A stretch of DNA of 64,000 bases from Candidatus Thorarchaeota archaeon (lineage in GTDB: Archaea > Asgardarchaeota > Thorarchaeia > Thorarchaeales > Thorarchaeaceae). Below, piece after piece: positions 1 to 9,283 of the stretch (the stretch's first letter is position 1; each line of letters opens with the position of its first letter). The stretch covers positions 158,061 through 222,060 of the forward strand of contig RDOC01000003.1 in the NCBI GenBank assembly GCA_011364985.1. Reading direction: 5' to 3'. The translations under genes were made by a program, and so were the position numbers. The notes below the pieces were generated by a model. It was not told where the DNA came from, searched no databases, and saw nothing but the letters and a program-made list of their open reading frames with translations.

Positions 1-953
1 AGATTACTGGTTACACAGTACGAAGAGAAGATTTCGATTATCTGCTATTGAAGAAGGCCGAAGAAGCAGGTGCGGAAGTAATCCAAAATACGAAGGTAAC
101 TGATGTCGTTGAAGAGGCGAACTGCATTTCAGTAATAACCAACGAAGAGAGAGAAAAAGCCAAGCTTGTAGTTGGAGCAGATGGGGTCAATAGCACCATA
201 GCAAGAAAAAGCGGGCTTCACGAACGATGGAAGGATAATGAGATCGCCCTCACTTTCGAGGCTTCTATTCCGATGGATTCTGCTGACATCCTACGAATAT
301 CAGGAAGTCCTGAGCATCATGAGTGTGTATTCATAGACATATTCTTTGGAGCCACGCCTCTAGGATACGCTTGGGCGTTCCCAAAAAAGAATGAATATAG
401 CCTTGGAATTGGAGCGATGGTCAGTGTCATGTCGAACTTCAAGGAATCGTGGGTGAAATTTGTTCATAACTTCATGGAGAGACACAATGTAGAATGCGAT
501 CTGTCTCAACAGACTGCAACTCGTATACCCTTAGGTGGCCTCATTCCGAATCTTTGCTCCAAGAGAATAATGCTGGCGGGGGATTCCGCAGGCTTTGTGT
601 CTCCAGCCACAGGAGAGGGAATTCACTATGCTATTGAATCCGGCATGATGGCGGCTAAAGTCGCTCAAGGCATTGTTGAAGGTAGATCAGATGTGACCAC
701 AGCATCCTACGCAAAAACCTGCAGAGAAACAATTGGTAATGACCTTAGGATTGGACGAGTCCTCCAGAAACTACTGTTCAAGTCAACTGAAAACATGGAA
801 CGATTCATTCGGATGTGCGAGAAGGACGAAGTCATGAAAGAGTATTCGTTGGAGCTTGTGATGGGGTATGTGCCCTTCAAAACAAGCAGGTCGCGAATGA
901 CCAAGAGGATGCTCAGGAAGCATCTGGGCCAAGCTATACGTCTACTGATTTAG
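1..953 (+). CDS. Geranylgeranyl reductase family FAD-dependent oxidoreductase (5'-truncated by window edge)
   Basis: Frame open from base 3 (..VRREDFDYLL..); motifs VVGADG, GYAWAFPK, LAGDSAGFVSPATGEGI. Confidence 0.85.
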   Translation, partial: ITGYTVRREDFDYLLLKKAEEAGAEVIQNTKVTDVVEEANCISVITNEEREKAKLVVGADGVNSTIARKSGLHERWKDNEIALTFEASIPMDSADILRISGSPEHHECVFIDIFFGATPLGYAWAFPKKNEYSLGIGAMVSVMSNFKESWVKFVHNFMERHNVECDLSQQTATRIPLGGLIPNLCSKRIMLAGDSAGFVSPATGEGIHYAIESGMMAAKVAQGIVEGRSDVTTASYAKTCRETIGNDLRIGRVLQKLLFKSTENMERFIRMCEKDEVMKEYSLELVMGYVPFKTSRSRMTKRMLRKHLGQAIRLLI

Positions 954-1047
954 ACTCACTGTGAGCAGAGTCTTTCATTGTTTAGCAAGAATATATTGAA
1001 AAATAGTTCCCAACTTAGTTCATGTATTCATGGAGAACAAGTCTGAT

Positions 1048-1569
1048 ATGATTGACCCTCAAGAAGTTAAATGTCTCTAAGCTGCCATCAAGAATCTAAA
1101 CCTTGACTATATGCGAGGGCTGATTTCTGAATCAGATTATAATAGGCAATCAGAGCAACTCAAAGAGCGTCTTGATCAGCTTGGGGAAATCCCAACAGGG
1201 CTGTCGGAAGCACGGAAATCACTCCAGACTTCTCCACAGGTGCAAAACAAGCAGGTCTTGACTGATCCCGTGACTGCCGTGAAGAAAGCAGTTCAATCAA
1301 TGCGAAGAATTCCTATAGAACGCATTGCTCAAGAATCAGGTGTTGATGCTATTCAAGTGACTCGTATCCTTACAGATTTGCTCGACGGACGTGAACTCTC
1401 AGGCCGGATTGACCATGATGCAGGCGATTTCATTCTGGGAACTGGGAGTAGGCCGCCGCCAAAGACCATAGCGGTATGTCCTTATTGTCGAAGTGATTTG
1501 CAGCGAATCGCGGTTAGAGGAGAAACCATGACTTGTGATGTATGCCGCGAGTCGTTTATTGTTTCATAG
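1048..1569 (+). CDS. SHOCT-like + PCI/winged-helix + Zn-ribbon protein; in-frame TAA at 1078-1080 (track ORF starts at 1111)
   Basis: LDYMRGLISESDY (SHOCT-like); RIPIERIA..LTDLL..LSGRIDH (PCI-like); CPYC..CDVC; upstream in-frame ATG at 1048. Confidence 0.6.
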
Positions 1570-1639
1570 AAACCTTTGTCCAGAATTGACCTAGTGTTCT
1601 TAAGAAGGAGGTGGCATACTTCTGCCCGTTTGACTTGTA

Positions 1640-2926
1640 TTGGACGAGGCAATGTTGATGACACTGTTTCAAGCATGCCTTAACGGGAATGAATCAGAAG
1701 CTGTTTCACAGTCAGCAGAAATGATTTCCATAGGTCAACCAGCTGCGCTATGGGCCATAATGATGCACGTTGCAAGTTGGCATGAACAGACAGAGTTTGA
1801 CACGTCCCATTCAACAATCATGACCTATGCGACACACAGACTAGTTGAAGACCTTGGCTTCAACGATGAGATACTGGTAGAAGGTTCCGCTACGACCCCT
1901 GTCAAGATTCACGATGATCTCAGGATTCCACTTCAGAGATCTCTGATTGAGCGTCTTGCTCTATATCTCGCCGCAGTCGAACACTGGACTCGGGAAAGGG
2001 GACCGAAGTACAATATTGATACGCAACTCGAATCCTTGGCCAGCAGCATACACAATTATGAACAAGGTGTGAGAGAGCAGTCGCACATGGGTACCCTGAA
2101 GGCAGCTCTGAGACTTGGCGAGAGGAAGGAGCCAGTACAGCTTAGACGGATGACTGCCTCCCTAGCCGCAGAAGAGCCTGATAACCTTGGACATGCTTTT
2201 ATCATGCCTTTTTCACTCCTGTCAGAACTCCCAGATTCGGAATTCAAGCTGCCATTCCAAGCCGCATTATGGCATCTTACAGAATACCTGATTAGAAAAG
2301 TCCCGAGGAAGGCTCCTAATGGATTTCGGATTGATCCTCGGATGGACAAGATGGCAAGCCCAACGGACTTGTCCAAGTACAAAGATCTCTTCGCCAACGC
2401 GGTTGTGAACTACGGAGTTCTTGGACATAACGGCATCTTTGCCCACAGAATTGCTGAAGCTGCCAAACGGGGATATCTTCATAATGAATCTATTACTTGG
2501 CTTTTGGATAGACTGAAAAAGAACATAGGTGGGAAGCTGCTAACTAAGGAACAGCTGGCCGTTGAGGAATTAGTGAGTAAGAAGGAGGGAATAGACTGGG
2601 AGCATCTACCAAGTGGTATCGATCTACCAGATTCTGGGAAGGTCAGACTATGGCTAGTAAAGAATGCCGTGGACTATTGGGATGCGATGACTGACTTGAA
2701 GACCAGTGTGTTCGAAAGGAAGATCCCCAGCATTTCAAAGAAGGATTGGTCGATTATCAGAGCTACCCAGTACGCCGTGCCGACTGTCAACGGTGCCCCT
2801 CAGGCATCCCATGTGACAATCTTCACGCAGGCAACTTGGTCACTGGTAGACCATGGTCTCATTGGCAATAAGCTTGCGGCACTTCAAGTCCATCGAATGC
2901 TTAGGCAATACCTCAAGGGAAGATAA
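1640..2926 (+). CDS. Hypothetical helical protein with four repeated HxxI motifs
   Basis: 428-aa ORF; SHSTIM, GHAFIM, GHNGIF, SHVTIF. Confidence 0.6.
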   Translation: MDEAMLMTLFQACLNGNESEAVSQSAEMISIGQPAALWAIMMHVASWHEQTEFDTSHSTIMTYATHRLVEDLGFNDEILVEGSATTPVKIHDDLRIPLQRSLIERLALYLAAVEHWTRERGPKYNIDTQLESLASSIHNYEQGVREQSHMGTLKAALRLGERKEPVQLRRMTASLAAEEPDNLGHAFIMPFSLLSELPDSEFKLPFQAALWHLTEYLIRKVPRKAPNGFRIDPRMDKMASPTDLSKYKDLFANAVVNYGVLGHNGIFAHRIAEAAKRGYLHNESITWLLDRLKKNIGGKLLTKEQLAVEELVSKKEGIDWEHLPSGIDLPDSGKVRLWLVKNAVDYWDAMTDLKTSVFERKIPSISKKDWSIIRATQYAVPTVNGAPQASHVTIFTQATWSLVDHGLIGNKLAALQVHRMLRQYLKGR

Positions 2927-2964
2927 CTTAGAGTCTTCAAATGACAGGTATTGCTAAAGAATGA

Positions 2965-2991
2965 GGTTGGAGAGGGCATGCCTCTTCAACC
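2965..2991. terminator. Hairpin between convergent genes
   Basis: GGTTGGAGAGG-gcatg-CCTCTTCAACC. Confidence 0.5.
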
Positions 2992-2996
2992 AGAAA

Positions 2997-4562
2997 CTAG
3001 GTCTTTGCATCACCCTTTCGATATGATTCAGCCAGCAAGTCTGGTATGTATCGGACCTGCATCTCTGTACCCTTCATCATATCGTTGAGTTGGATTGTAC
3101 AGAAAGGACATTCAGTAGTGACCATTTCTGCACCGGTGGCCTCGATATACTCCTTCTTGGTTGTGGCGATTTTCTGAGAGAGTTCACGCTGACCTGCACG
3201 AACTCCGCCGCCAGCACCACAGCAGCGGTTCTTATACGGGTCCTCAATATAGTCCACTCCTGGAATCATCTTGAGAAGTTGAATTGGTTCATCAAAGACA
3301 TGCTGCCCTCTACCAAGATGACATGGTTCATGATAGGTGATCTTCAGATCAATCTCGCCCTTAGGAGGTATGATGTTCTCCTTGCCGACCACTTGAATTA
3401 GGTATTCAGCCATGTCGTATACTTTGTATCTAGGAGGCTTACCACGTTCCTCCTCAATGAATGGGCGATGATCCTCGCGAAGAGTCTTCCCACATCCTGC
3501 GCAGGCGACAACCACAGTATCGCAATCGTACTTCTCACAGGCCTTCTCGAAAATCTCGGTGACTCTTCTTGCAGCGGCATGGGCCGTGTTTAGGTCTCCT
3601 GTTCTGAACGCAGGCGAGGCGCAACACCATTGCTCCTTAGGCACAACAACATCTATGTTGTTCCGGTTCAGAACCTCAATAAGTGCCTTGCCAGTGCTTT
3701 GCATTCGGTAATCGATGAGACATCCGGTGAAGAAGGCCACTCGTCCACGTGGATTCTCAACAAAGAATTCAGCAGTGTTCAGTTCTTTCAGAAGTGGGAG
3801 ATCCTTTTCGGGTACAGCTCGCCCGGTTTTAACAATTTGATCAACAAAACCTTGTTGGCCCTCTGCCAAGGGATAACCAGCTTCGACAGCTTTTGCACGT
3901 AGAAGCTCGACCGCCAGAGACGGAATTTTGATCTTCTTTGGACAGATATCTTCACACATCTTACAGGTAGTACAACTGTACAGAGACTCGTCCATTGCCA
4001 TAGCAATACGGTCCTCTACGTCTCGGGGATCTAGCTCCAGCCGCGCAAGCTGGCGGATAATCATTGGTCCGGGGTAGTCCCATGTTTCGTGAACGATTGG
4101 GCAGTTCGATAGGCAGGCACTGCACTCAATGCACTTTCGAATCTCTCTTACCTTCTCAATCTCTTCCGCATGAATGATCTCAGGTCTCTGTGGTTTCTTA
4201 TCACGAGCTACGTAAGGTCGTATCCTTCTTAACCTGAAGGTGGTTTGAGCCAGATCAACAACAAGGTCTTTTATCACTGGCATCTTCTCAAGAGGTTCAA
4301 TAAGCAGGTCTTCATCAGGGTCGACTTTGGTTCGACAGGCAATTCGTGCGATGGTGTTTACCTTCACTGCGCAAGACCCACACTGACCACCTCTGCACTC
4401 CCATCGGAAGGCCAAACTTGAATCGTATTTGTCCTGAATATCGAGTAAGACATCCAAGACTGTCATACCAGGTTCGTATTCCACATCGAAGTCTTGGAAA
4501 TAGGGTTCGTTGTCTGAGTCTGGGTTGTATCTGAAAACTTTCGCCTTGATTGTCTTTGTCAT
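2997..4562 (-). CDS. tfrB: Thiol:fumarate reductase Fe-S subunit B (SdhB-like + CCG domains)
   Basis: CRGGQCGSC [2Fe-2S]; CIECSACLSNCP and CTTCKMCEDICP; CCG-type motifs (WCCASP, YHEPCH, RCCGAGGG, ECPFC). Confidence 0.9.
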   Translation of the reverse strand: MTKTIKAKVFRYNPDSDNEPYFQDFDVEYEPGMTVLDVLLDIQDKYDSSLAFRWECRGGQCGSCAVKVNTIARIACRTKVDPDEDLLIEPLEKMPVIKDLVVDLAQTTFRLRRIRPYVARDKKPQRPEIIHAEEIEKVREIRKCIECSACLSNCPIVHETWDYPGPMIIRQLARLELDPRDVEDRIAMAMDESLYSCTTCKMCEDICPKKIKIPSLAVELLRAKAVEAGYPLAEGQQGFVDQIVKTGRAVPEKDLPLLKELNTAEFFVENPRGRVAFFTGCLIDYRMQSTGKALIEVLNRNNIDVVVPKEQWCCASPAFRTGDLNTAHAAARRVTEIFEKACEKYDCDTVVVACAGCGKTLREDHRPFIEEERGKPPRYKVYDMAEYLIQVVGKENIIPPKGEIDLKITYHEPCHLGRGQHVFDEPIQLLKMIPGVDYIEDPYKNRCCGAGGGVRAGQRELSQKIATTKKEYIEATGAEMVTTECPFCTIQLNDMMKGTEMQVRYIPDLLAESYRKGDAKT

Positions 4563-4576
4563 TGAATTTACCTCCT

Positions 4577-6265
4577 CTATGGGGGGGTGATCTTGGTGAT
4601 CACTAGGTCTTCCTTTCGTAACTCCATCTCGCCATCCTTGCCTTTTCGGATGACTATGTTGTAATAGCCCTTATCATTGGGGTCAGCATCTACACGGTAG
4701 TGTGCACCTCTACTTCCCTTTCGCATCACAGCAGCCTCTGCCACCATACGGGCGGTTGTCACCATATGCTCGAACTCAATGGCCTGATGCCATCCCGGAT
4801 TGAAACGTTTGACCGGCACATCCACCTTGATATTTGGAACAATCTCTTTCTGGATTCGTCGAAGCTCCTTCACGGCGTGCTGCATGTCATCTTCCTTCCG
4901 GAATATCTGGACCTTGGACCACATCAGCTCGGTTAGCTCTTCTCTTGCGTCAGCAGGTGAGACACCCTCCTTACGTTCAAGCATTGCTTCTAGCTTCTCA
5001 AATTCGGCGGCTATTGCGTCTCTGTTGATTCCAGTATGGGCGTTCTTCTTGGCAAATTTCGCCGCGCTTTCGCCAGCCAATGCTCCAAACACCTGTGTGT
5101 CAGCCAGTGCATTGCCACCCAATCTATTGCCACCATGAACCCCGCCAGTACACTCGCCTGCTGCATAGAGACCGGGGATACTCGTGCCCGCTTCTTCGTC
5201 AATCTTAATCCCACCCATGAAGTGGTGGGCGGTCGGAGACACCTGCATTGGCTCCTCCCGAATGTCTACACCCGCATCTTCAAACTGCTCAATCATGCTC
5301 TCCAATCTGAACTCCACAATAGACTTTGGAAGGTGTCCAATACTGAGGTAAACACCCCCTTCAGGAGAACCACGTCCTTCAAGAACCTCGGTCATGATAG
5401 AGCGAGCGACTTGGTCTCTACCTGCAAGCTCCATGACCTCAGGGTAGTACCTGTGCATGAAGCGTTCACTTTCGTTATTGAGGAGAATTCCACCTTCTCC
5501 GCGAACAGCCTCAGTCACAAGCCGTCCCTTGGCAGACTCAGGTTTCACCATTCCAGTCGGATGGAACTGGACCATCTCCATGTCAATTAGCTCGCACCCG
5601 GCCTCGTAAGCCATTCCATAGCCATCGCCAACATCCAATTGGGCATTACTTGTCACACTGAAGATGCGACCCGCGCCTCCAGTTGCCATCACAACCGATT
5701 TGGCACGAAAGATGAGATAGTCGCCGTACTTTAAATCGATAGATGCAACCCCTGCGACTCGCCCTTCCTCAACAAGGATTTTGGTAGCAAAGACTTCATC
5801 GAAGACTCGTACAGATTCTTTTCTAATTGCCTCTGTAAGGGTCACCATAATTTCAGATCCAGTTCTGTCCGATGCATATGCGGTTCTTCGCCAAGTCTGC
5901 TTTCCAAAAGGACGCTGAGCAATCTTTCCTTCGGGGGTTCTATCGAAAAGGGCACCGTATTCCTCTAGGTCAAAGATTCTCTCGGAAGCATCGCGAACAA
6001 GGATTTCGGCCAGCTTCTGATTGTTAAGGTAGTTGCCGCCCACAATAGTATCTTTGAAGTGTGTTTCAGGATTATCGTCAGGGTCAACGTTTCCAAGTGA
6101 CACATTATAGCCGCCCTCGGCCATGGAAGTGTGTGCTTTGCCGAGTAGCTCTTTGCTAAGCATGATTACATCCAAGTTATGCTTTGATGCTTCGATTGCC
6201 GCACGACATCCGGCACCGCCGGCGCCGACAACAAGAACATCGCACATTATCGTCTTGTAGTTCAA
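4577..6265 (-). CDS. tfrA: Thiol:fumarate reductase flavoprotein subunit A
   Basis: GAGGAG, AHTSMAEGG, QFHPTG, EAVRGEGG, HHFMGG, HGGNRLGGNAL; adjacent to tfrB. Confidence 0.9.
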   Translation of the reverse strand: MNYKTIMCDVLVVGAGGAGCRAAIEASKHNLDVIMLSKELLGKAHTSMAEGGYNVSLGNVDPDDNPETHFKDTIVGGNYLNNQKLAEILVRDASERIFDLEEYGALFDRTPEGKIAQRPFGKQTWRRTAYASDRTGSEIMVTLTEAIRKESVRVFDEVFATKILVEEGRVAGVASIDLKYGDYLIFRAKSVVMATGGAGRIFSVTSNAQLDVGDGYGMAYEAGCELIDMEMVQFHPTGMVKPESAKGRLVTEAVRGEGGILLNNESERFMHRYYPEVMELAGRDQVARSIMTEVLEGRGSPEGGVYLSIGHLPKSIVEFRLESMIEQFEDAGVDIREEPMQVSPTAHHFMGGIKIDEEAGTSIPGLYAAGECTGGVHGGNRLGGNALADTQVFGALAGESAAKFAKKNAHTGINRDAIAAEFEKLEAMLERKEGVSPADAREELTELMWSKVQIFRKEDDMQHAVKELRRIQKEIVPNIKVDVPVKRFNPGWHQAIEFEHMVTTARMVAEAAVMRKGSRGAHYRVDADPNDKGYYNIVIRKGKDGEMELRKEDLVITKITPP

Positions 6266-6631
6266 ACTACAGTCCTCCGATGGAGAAGTCTCTCCGAGCT
6301 GTAAATCGGTCGGGAAAAGGCCAGCGTTTAAGAGTTACTGTTGAGGGCTGGAGCGGAAATCCTGTGAAACTACATCCGAAGATGAGCGATTTGGAAACAG
6401 ACTGCATAGGCTTTGAAAAGGGAGAGAATGGCGCCATTTGCTTGCCTGAATCGACCCTTTTATTCACCTTGGGTACGTTCAGAATCATAGTAATCATGGG
6501 CACGCTGGGGGTGTTAAGTGCATGGACTTTGAAGAAATTCTGCTAGTACTATTCGTAGTAGTGCTTGTCTTGATGACTGTATATGGGTTAACCATTCCCG
6601 TGTCGTAAAGATGCGGAGAAAAGAGTAGATG

Positions 6632-6647
6632 GCAGGCTAATGCCTGC
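6632..6647 (-). terminator. Short hairpin followed by T-rich run downstream of fumarase beta
   Basis: GCAGGC-taat-GCCTGC. Confidence 0.4.
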
Positions 6648-6667
6648 TGTAAATGATATTAAGCATT

Positions 6668-7276
6668 CTACTCACTTACGCCAATCTTGGAATAGACCTC
6701 GGATTTCGCATCCTGTACCTTCTTTGATACGACATCATGCATACTATTGCCATGAGAGTCCATAGTGACCAGCAATGGACCGAACTTCTCAGCTGTGATA
6801 ACCCATAGAGCTTCGGGCATTCCTAGGTCTTGCCACTCATAGGCCCTGACTTCCTTCAGGCCCTTTGCAGCGAGAGCTCCACAGCCACCAGTAAAACTGC
6901 AGTAGACAGCACCTGCTTCTTTCAATGCTGCAAGAGTCCTAGCTCCCATTCCTCCTTTTCCAATGATTATACGAGCCCTATACTTGCGTAGGAACTCATC
7001 TTCGAAGAGATCCATTCTGGCACTTGTGGTGGGTCCTGCGGACACAATCATCCATTTACCATTGACCTCTTTTGCAACTGGTCCTACGTGATAGATCACA
7101 CTGCCTTCGAAGTCGACAGGCGGCTTCTCACCCTTTTCGAACATTTCTAAGGCACGATGATGAGCTTCATCGCGTGCAGTATAGACATGTTCGCCCGTCA
7201 CATACACAATGTCACCCACCTTGAGCTTCCTAACATCCTCCTCTGAGAGGGGGGTTGTAAAGTGATACTCTGCCAA
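6668..7276 (-). CDS. fumB: Class I (Fe-S) fumarate/tartrate hydratase beta subunit
   Basis: YTARDEAH, GPTTSARM, IGKGGMG, DLGMPEA. Confidence 0.9.
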   Translation of the reverse strand: MAEYHFTTPLSEEDVRKLKVGDIVYVTGEHVYTARDEAHHRALEMFEKGEKPPVDFEGSVIYHVGPVAKEVNGKWMIVSAGPTTSARMDLFEDEFLRKYRARIIIGKGGMGARTLAALKEAGAVYCSFTGGCGALAAKGLKEVRAYEWQDLGMPEALWVITAEKFGPLLVTMDSHGNSMHDVVSKKVQDAKSEVYSKIGVSE

Positions 7277-7278
7277 TT

Positions 7279-8166
7279 CTATTCTCCCTCCAATGGATGG
7301 GTCACATAGGTGATTTTCAGGTCTTTTGTTATTATTGCCTTACTATGTCTGGCTGCCCAACATTGAACAGCAACTCCAACTGGTAAGGATGCAGGATGAC
7401 GCATTGCATAGTCAACCTTCACACCTAAGACGGTAGTCTTTCCTCCCAAGCCCATTGGTCCTATACCTGTGGAGTTGATTGCTTCCATCAATTCCTCTTC
7501 AATCTGTGCCACTTCAGGCTCTGGGTGCTTGTCGTTGAGGGGGCGCAGAAGCTGTTGCTTGGCAATTTTGATAGCTATGTCGGCCCCTCCACCAATGCCA
7601 ACACCAATAATATTGGGTGCACAGGCCTTGCCCATGTAGTTCATAGCATTGTCAACAACCAATTTCTTCACACCTGTTAGACCTACGCCGGGCTTGAGCA
7701 TTCCAACAATACAAACATTCTCGCTTCCGCCACCCTTAGGAAAGACAATGACTTCAAGCGAATCACCTAGAACTATCTCCCAGTTAATCCATGGAATCTT
7801 GACGCCGGTATTATCGCCAGAGTTGCCACCAACGATTGGATTGACTGCATTGGGACGAAGGGGTACACTCTCGGTGGCGATTCTTGTTGCCTTTTCTAAT
7901 GCGGCCTTGATTTCATCCATGAATGGAAACTTTGACCCAACCTTGACGTAGAATATGATGATTCCAGTGTCTTGGCACATCGGAACACCGGTTCTTGCAA
8001 TCTCGATGTTTTCCAATATTGCAGAGAACTGAGTCTTTGCGGTTGGGTCCGTTTCACGTTCATAAGCAGCTCTTAGCGCCTCCTCAATATCATCGGGCAA
8101 CTTGGTCGCTGCCATCTTGAGAAGACGAACTGCGGTGTCTTGAATGACTTGCATTGGATCCTTCAT
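7279..8166 (-). CDS. fumA: Class I (Fe-S) fumarate/tartrate hydratase alpha subunit
   Basis: PMCQDTG, KGGGSEN, GIGPMGLGG, HPASLPV, QCWAAR. Confidence 0.9.
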   Translation of the reverse strand: MKDPMQVIQDTAVRLLKMAATKLPDDIEEALRAAYERETDPTAKTQFSAILENIEIARTGVPMCQDTGIIIFYVKVGSKFPFMDEIKAALEKATRIATESVPLRPNAVNPIVGGNSGDNTGVKIPWINWEIVLGDSLEVIVFPKGGGSENVCIVGMLKPGVGLTGVKKLVVDNAMNYMGKACAPNIIGVGIGGGADIAIKIAKQQLLRPLNDKHPEPEVAQIEEELMEAINSTGIGPMGLGGKTTVLGVKVDYAMRHPASLPVGVAVQCWAARHSKAIITKDLKITYVTHPLEGE

Positions 8167-8337
8167 TCTATCAGCTTCTAAGTCGTGATTTGCGGTGGAT
8201 TCAACTCCTTCGCACTAACTTCGGAAATTGATAGCTTCCTAATCTTTCTTGCTGTGTGTGTATCTCCTTGAGGAGTATGAAAGGACTATATACGAGCGGC
8301 CCTCCACTATTGAATAGGCGAGATTGGAAGGATTCCG

Positions 8338-8829
8338 ATGACGTTTGAAGCAACATTCGCATCAGCTCTTTCTTTCATAGCGATGTCAATTCTTCTTGTC
8401 ATATATGGGACTCTTGATGTAAAACACCGAGAAGTATCGAACAAATACATGTTTACCGGAATAGTGGCAAGCATGATAATTGTAATCGCGACCGGTCGCC
8501 TTTTTGAACAGCCTTTGCTGCACATCACTGCTATTCTTGTAATGATTCTGCTCTCTTTTGCTTTGTACAGATTGGGGGCCATTGGTGGAGCGGACATCAA
8601 ATCTCTGCTAATAATAGGAGTCTTAAGCCCAGGCATTGAGTTTGCGGTCTGGGAGGACACTATCCTTGAGGGTATATTGGTGTCAGGACTGGAGATCATA
8701 CTCATGCTGACTCTTGGGATCCTGTATTGGCAGCTTCAGGGCAGCAATAGACCAGAAAAGAACGTCGTGCCCCTCATTCCATTTCTGTTATTGGCGTATC
8801 TAGGAGTACAGCTAATTGCATTCCTCTAG
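8338..8829 (+). CDS. A24 family prepilin/prearchaellin peptidase-like membrane protein
   Basis: DVKHREV and IGGAD aspartyl motifs; VPLIPFL C-terminus. Confidence 0.75.
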   Translation: MTFEATFASALSFIAMSILLVIYGTLDVKHREVSNKYMFTGIVASMIIVIATGRLFEQPLLHITAILVMILLSFALYRLGAIGGADIKSLLIIGVLSPGIEFAVWEDTILEGILVSGLEIILMLTLGILYWQLQGSNRPEKNVVPLIPFLLLAYLGVQLIAFL

Positions 8830-8842
8830 TTCTTCATTCTGT

Positions 8843-9208
8843 CTAAAGCAACATGAGGTTCTCAAGGGCAGAGGGAGGGAGAGTAAAGGCGTAGAACAGC
8901 GTCCAGAGAACAACCCAAAGGAGAAGGTAAGTTGGGAGGGAGTTTGTGATGAGTTTCTGGCGACCGCCAATTTCCTCTGGGTCAATCTCCATAATATAGA
9001 CGACCACAAACAAGCTCAAAACGTAGGTCAGAAGTCCAAAGATCAGTCCTCTGCTACCGGCAAAAAGAGGGCCATAGAGCCCGCAGATGACCGCACTTAT
9101 AATGGCGAAGAGTATCTTGACGTAGGTCTGCTGGTCTATGGGCTTGTCGTCCCATCGTCCAAAGATCTTCTTGAATAGGCTTCGAATGGGGTTAATTACT
9201 GAAGACAT
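8843..9208 (-). CDS. EMC6/Rab5-interacting-like 3-TM protein
   Basis: Three TM segments; C-terminal SLPTYLLLWVVLWTLFY resembles the EMC6 GLFTYVLFWTFLY pattern. Confidence 0.6.
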   Translation of the reverse strand: MSSVINPIRSLFKKIFGRWDDKPIDQQTYVKILFAIISAVICGLYGPLFAGSRGLIFGLLTYVLSLFVVVYIMEIDPEEIGGRQKLITNSLPTYLLLWVVLWTLFYAFTLPPSALENLMLL

Positions 9209-9283
9209 TTCTCGACACCTGCTGGGTCTTGCTCTCGGTCAATCATACAGGTTATAAAACGCTCGGTCGGAAGTAAAACTATC

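Noticed and set aside
6184-6546. ORFs between tfrA and fumarase beta
   Set aside because: Overlapping, motif-less frames on both strands; probably a regulatory spacer.
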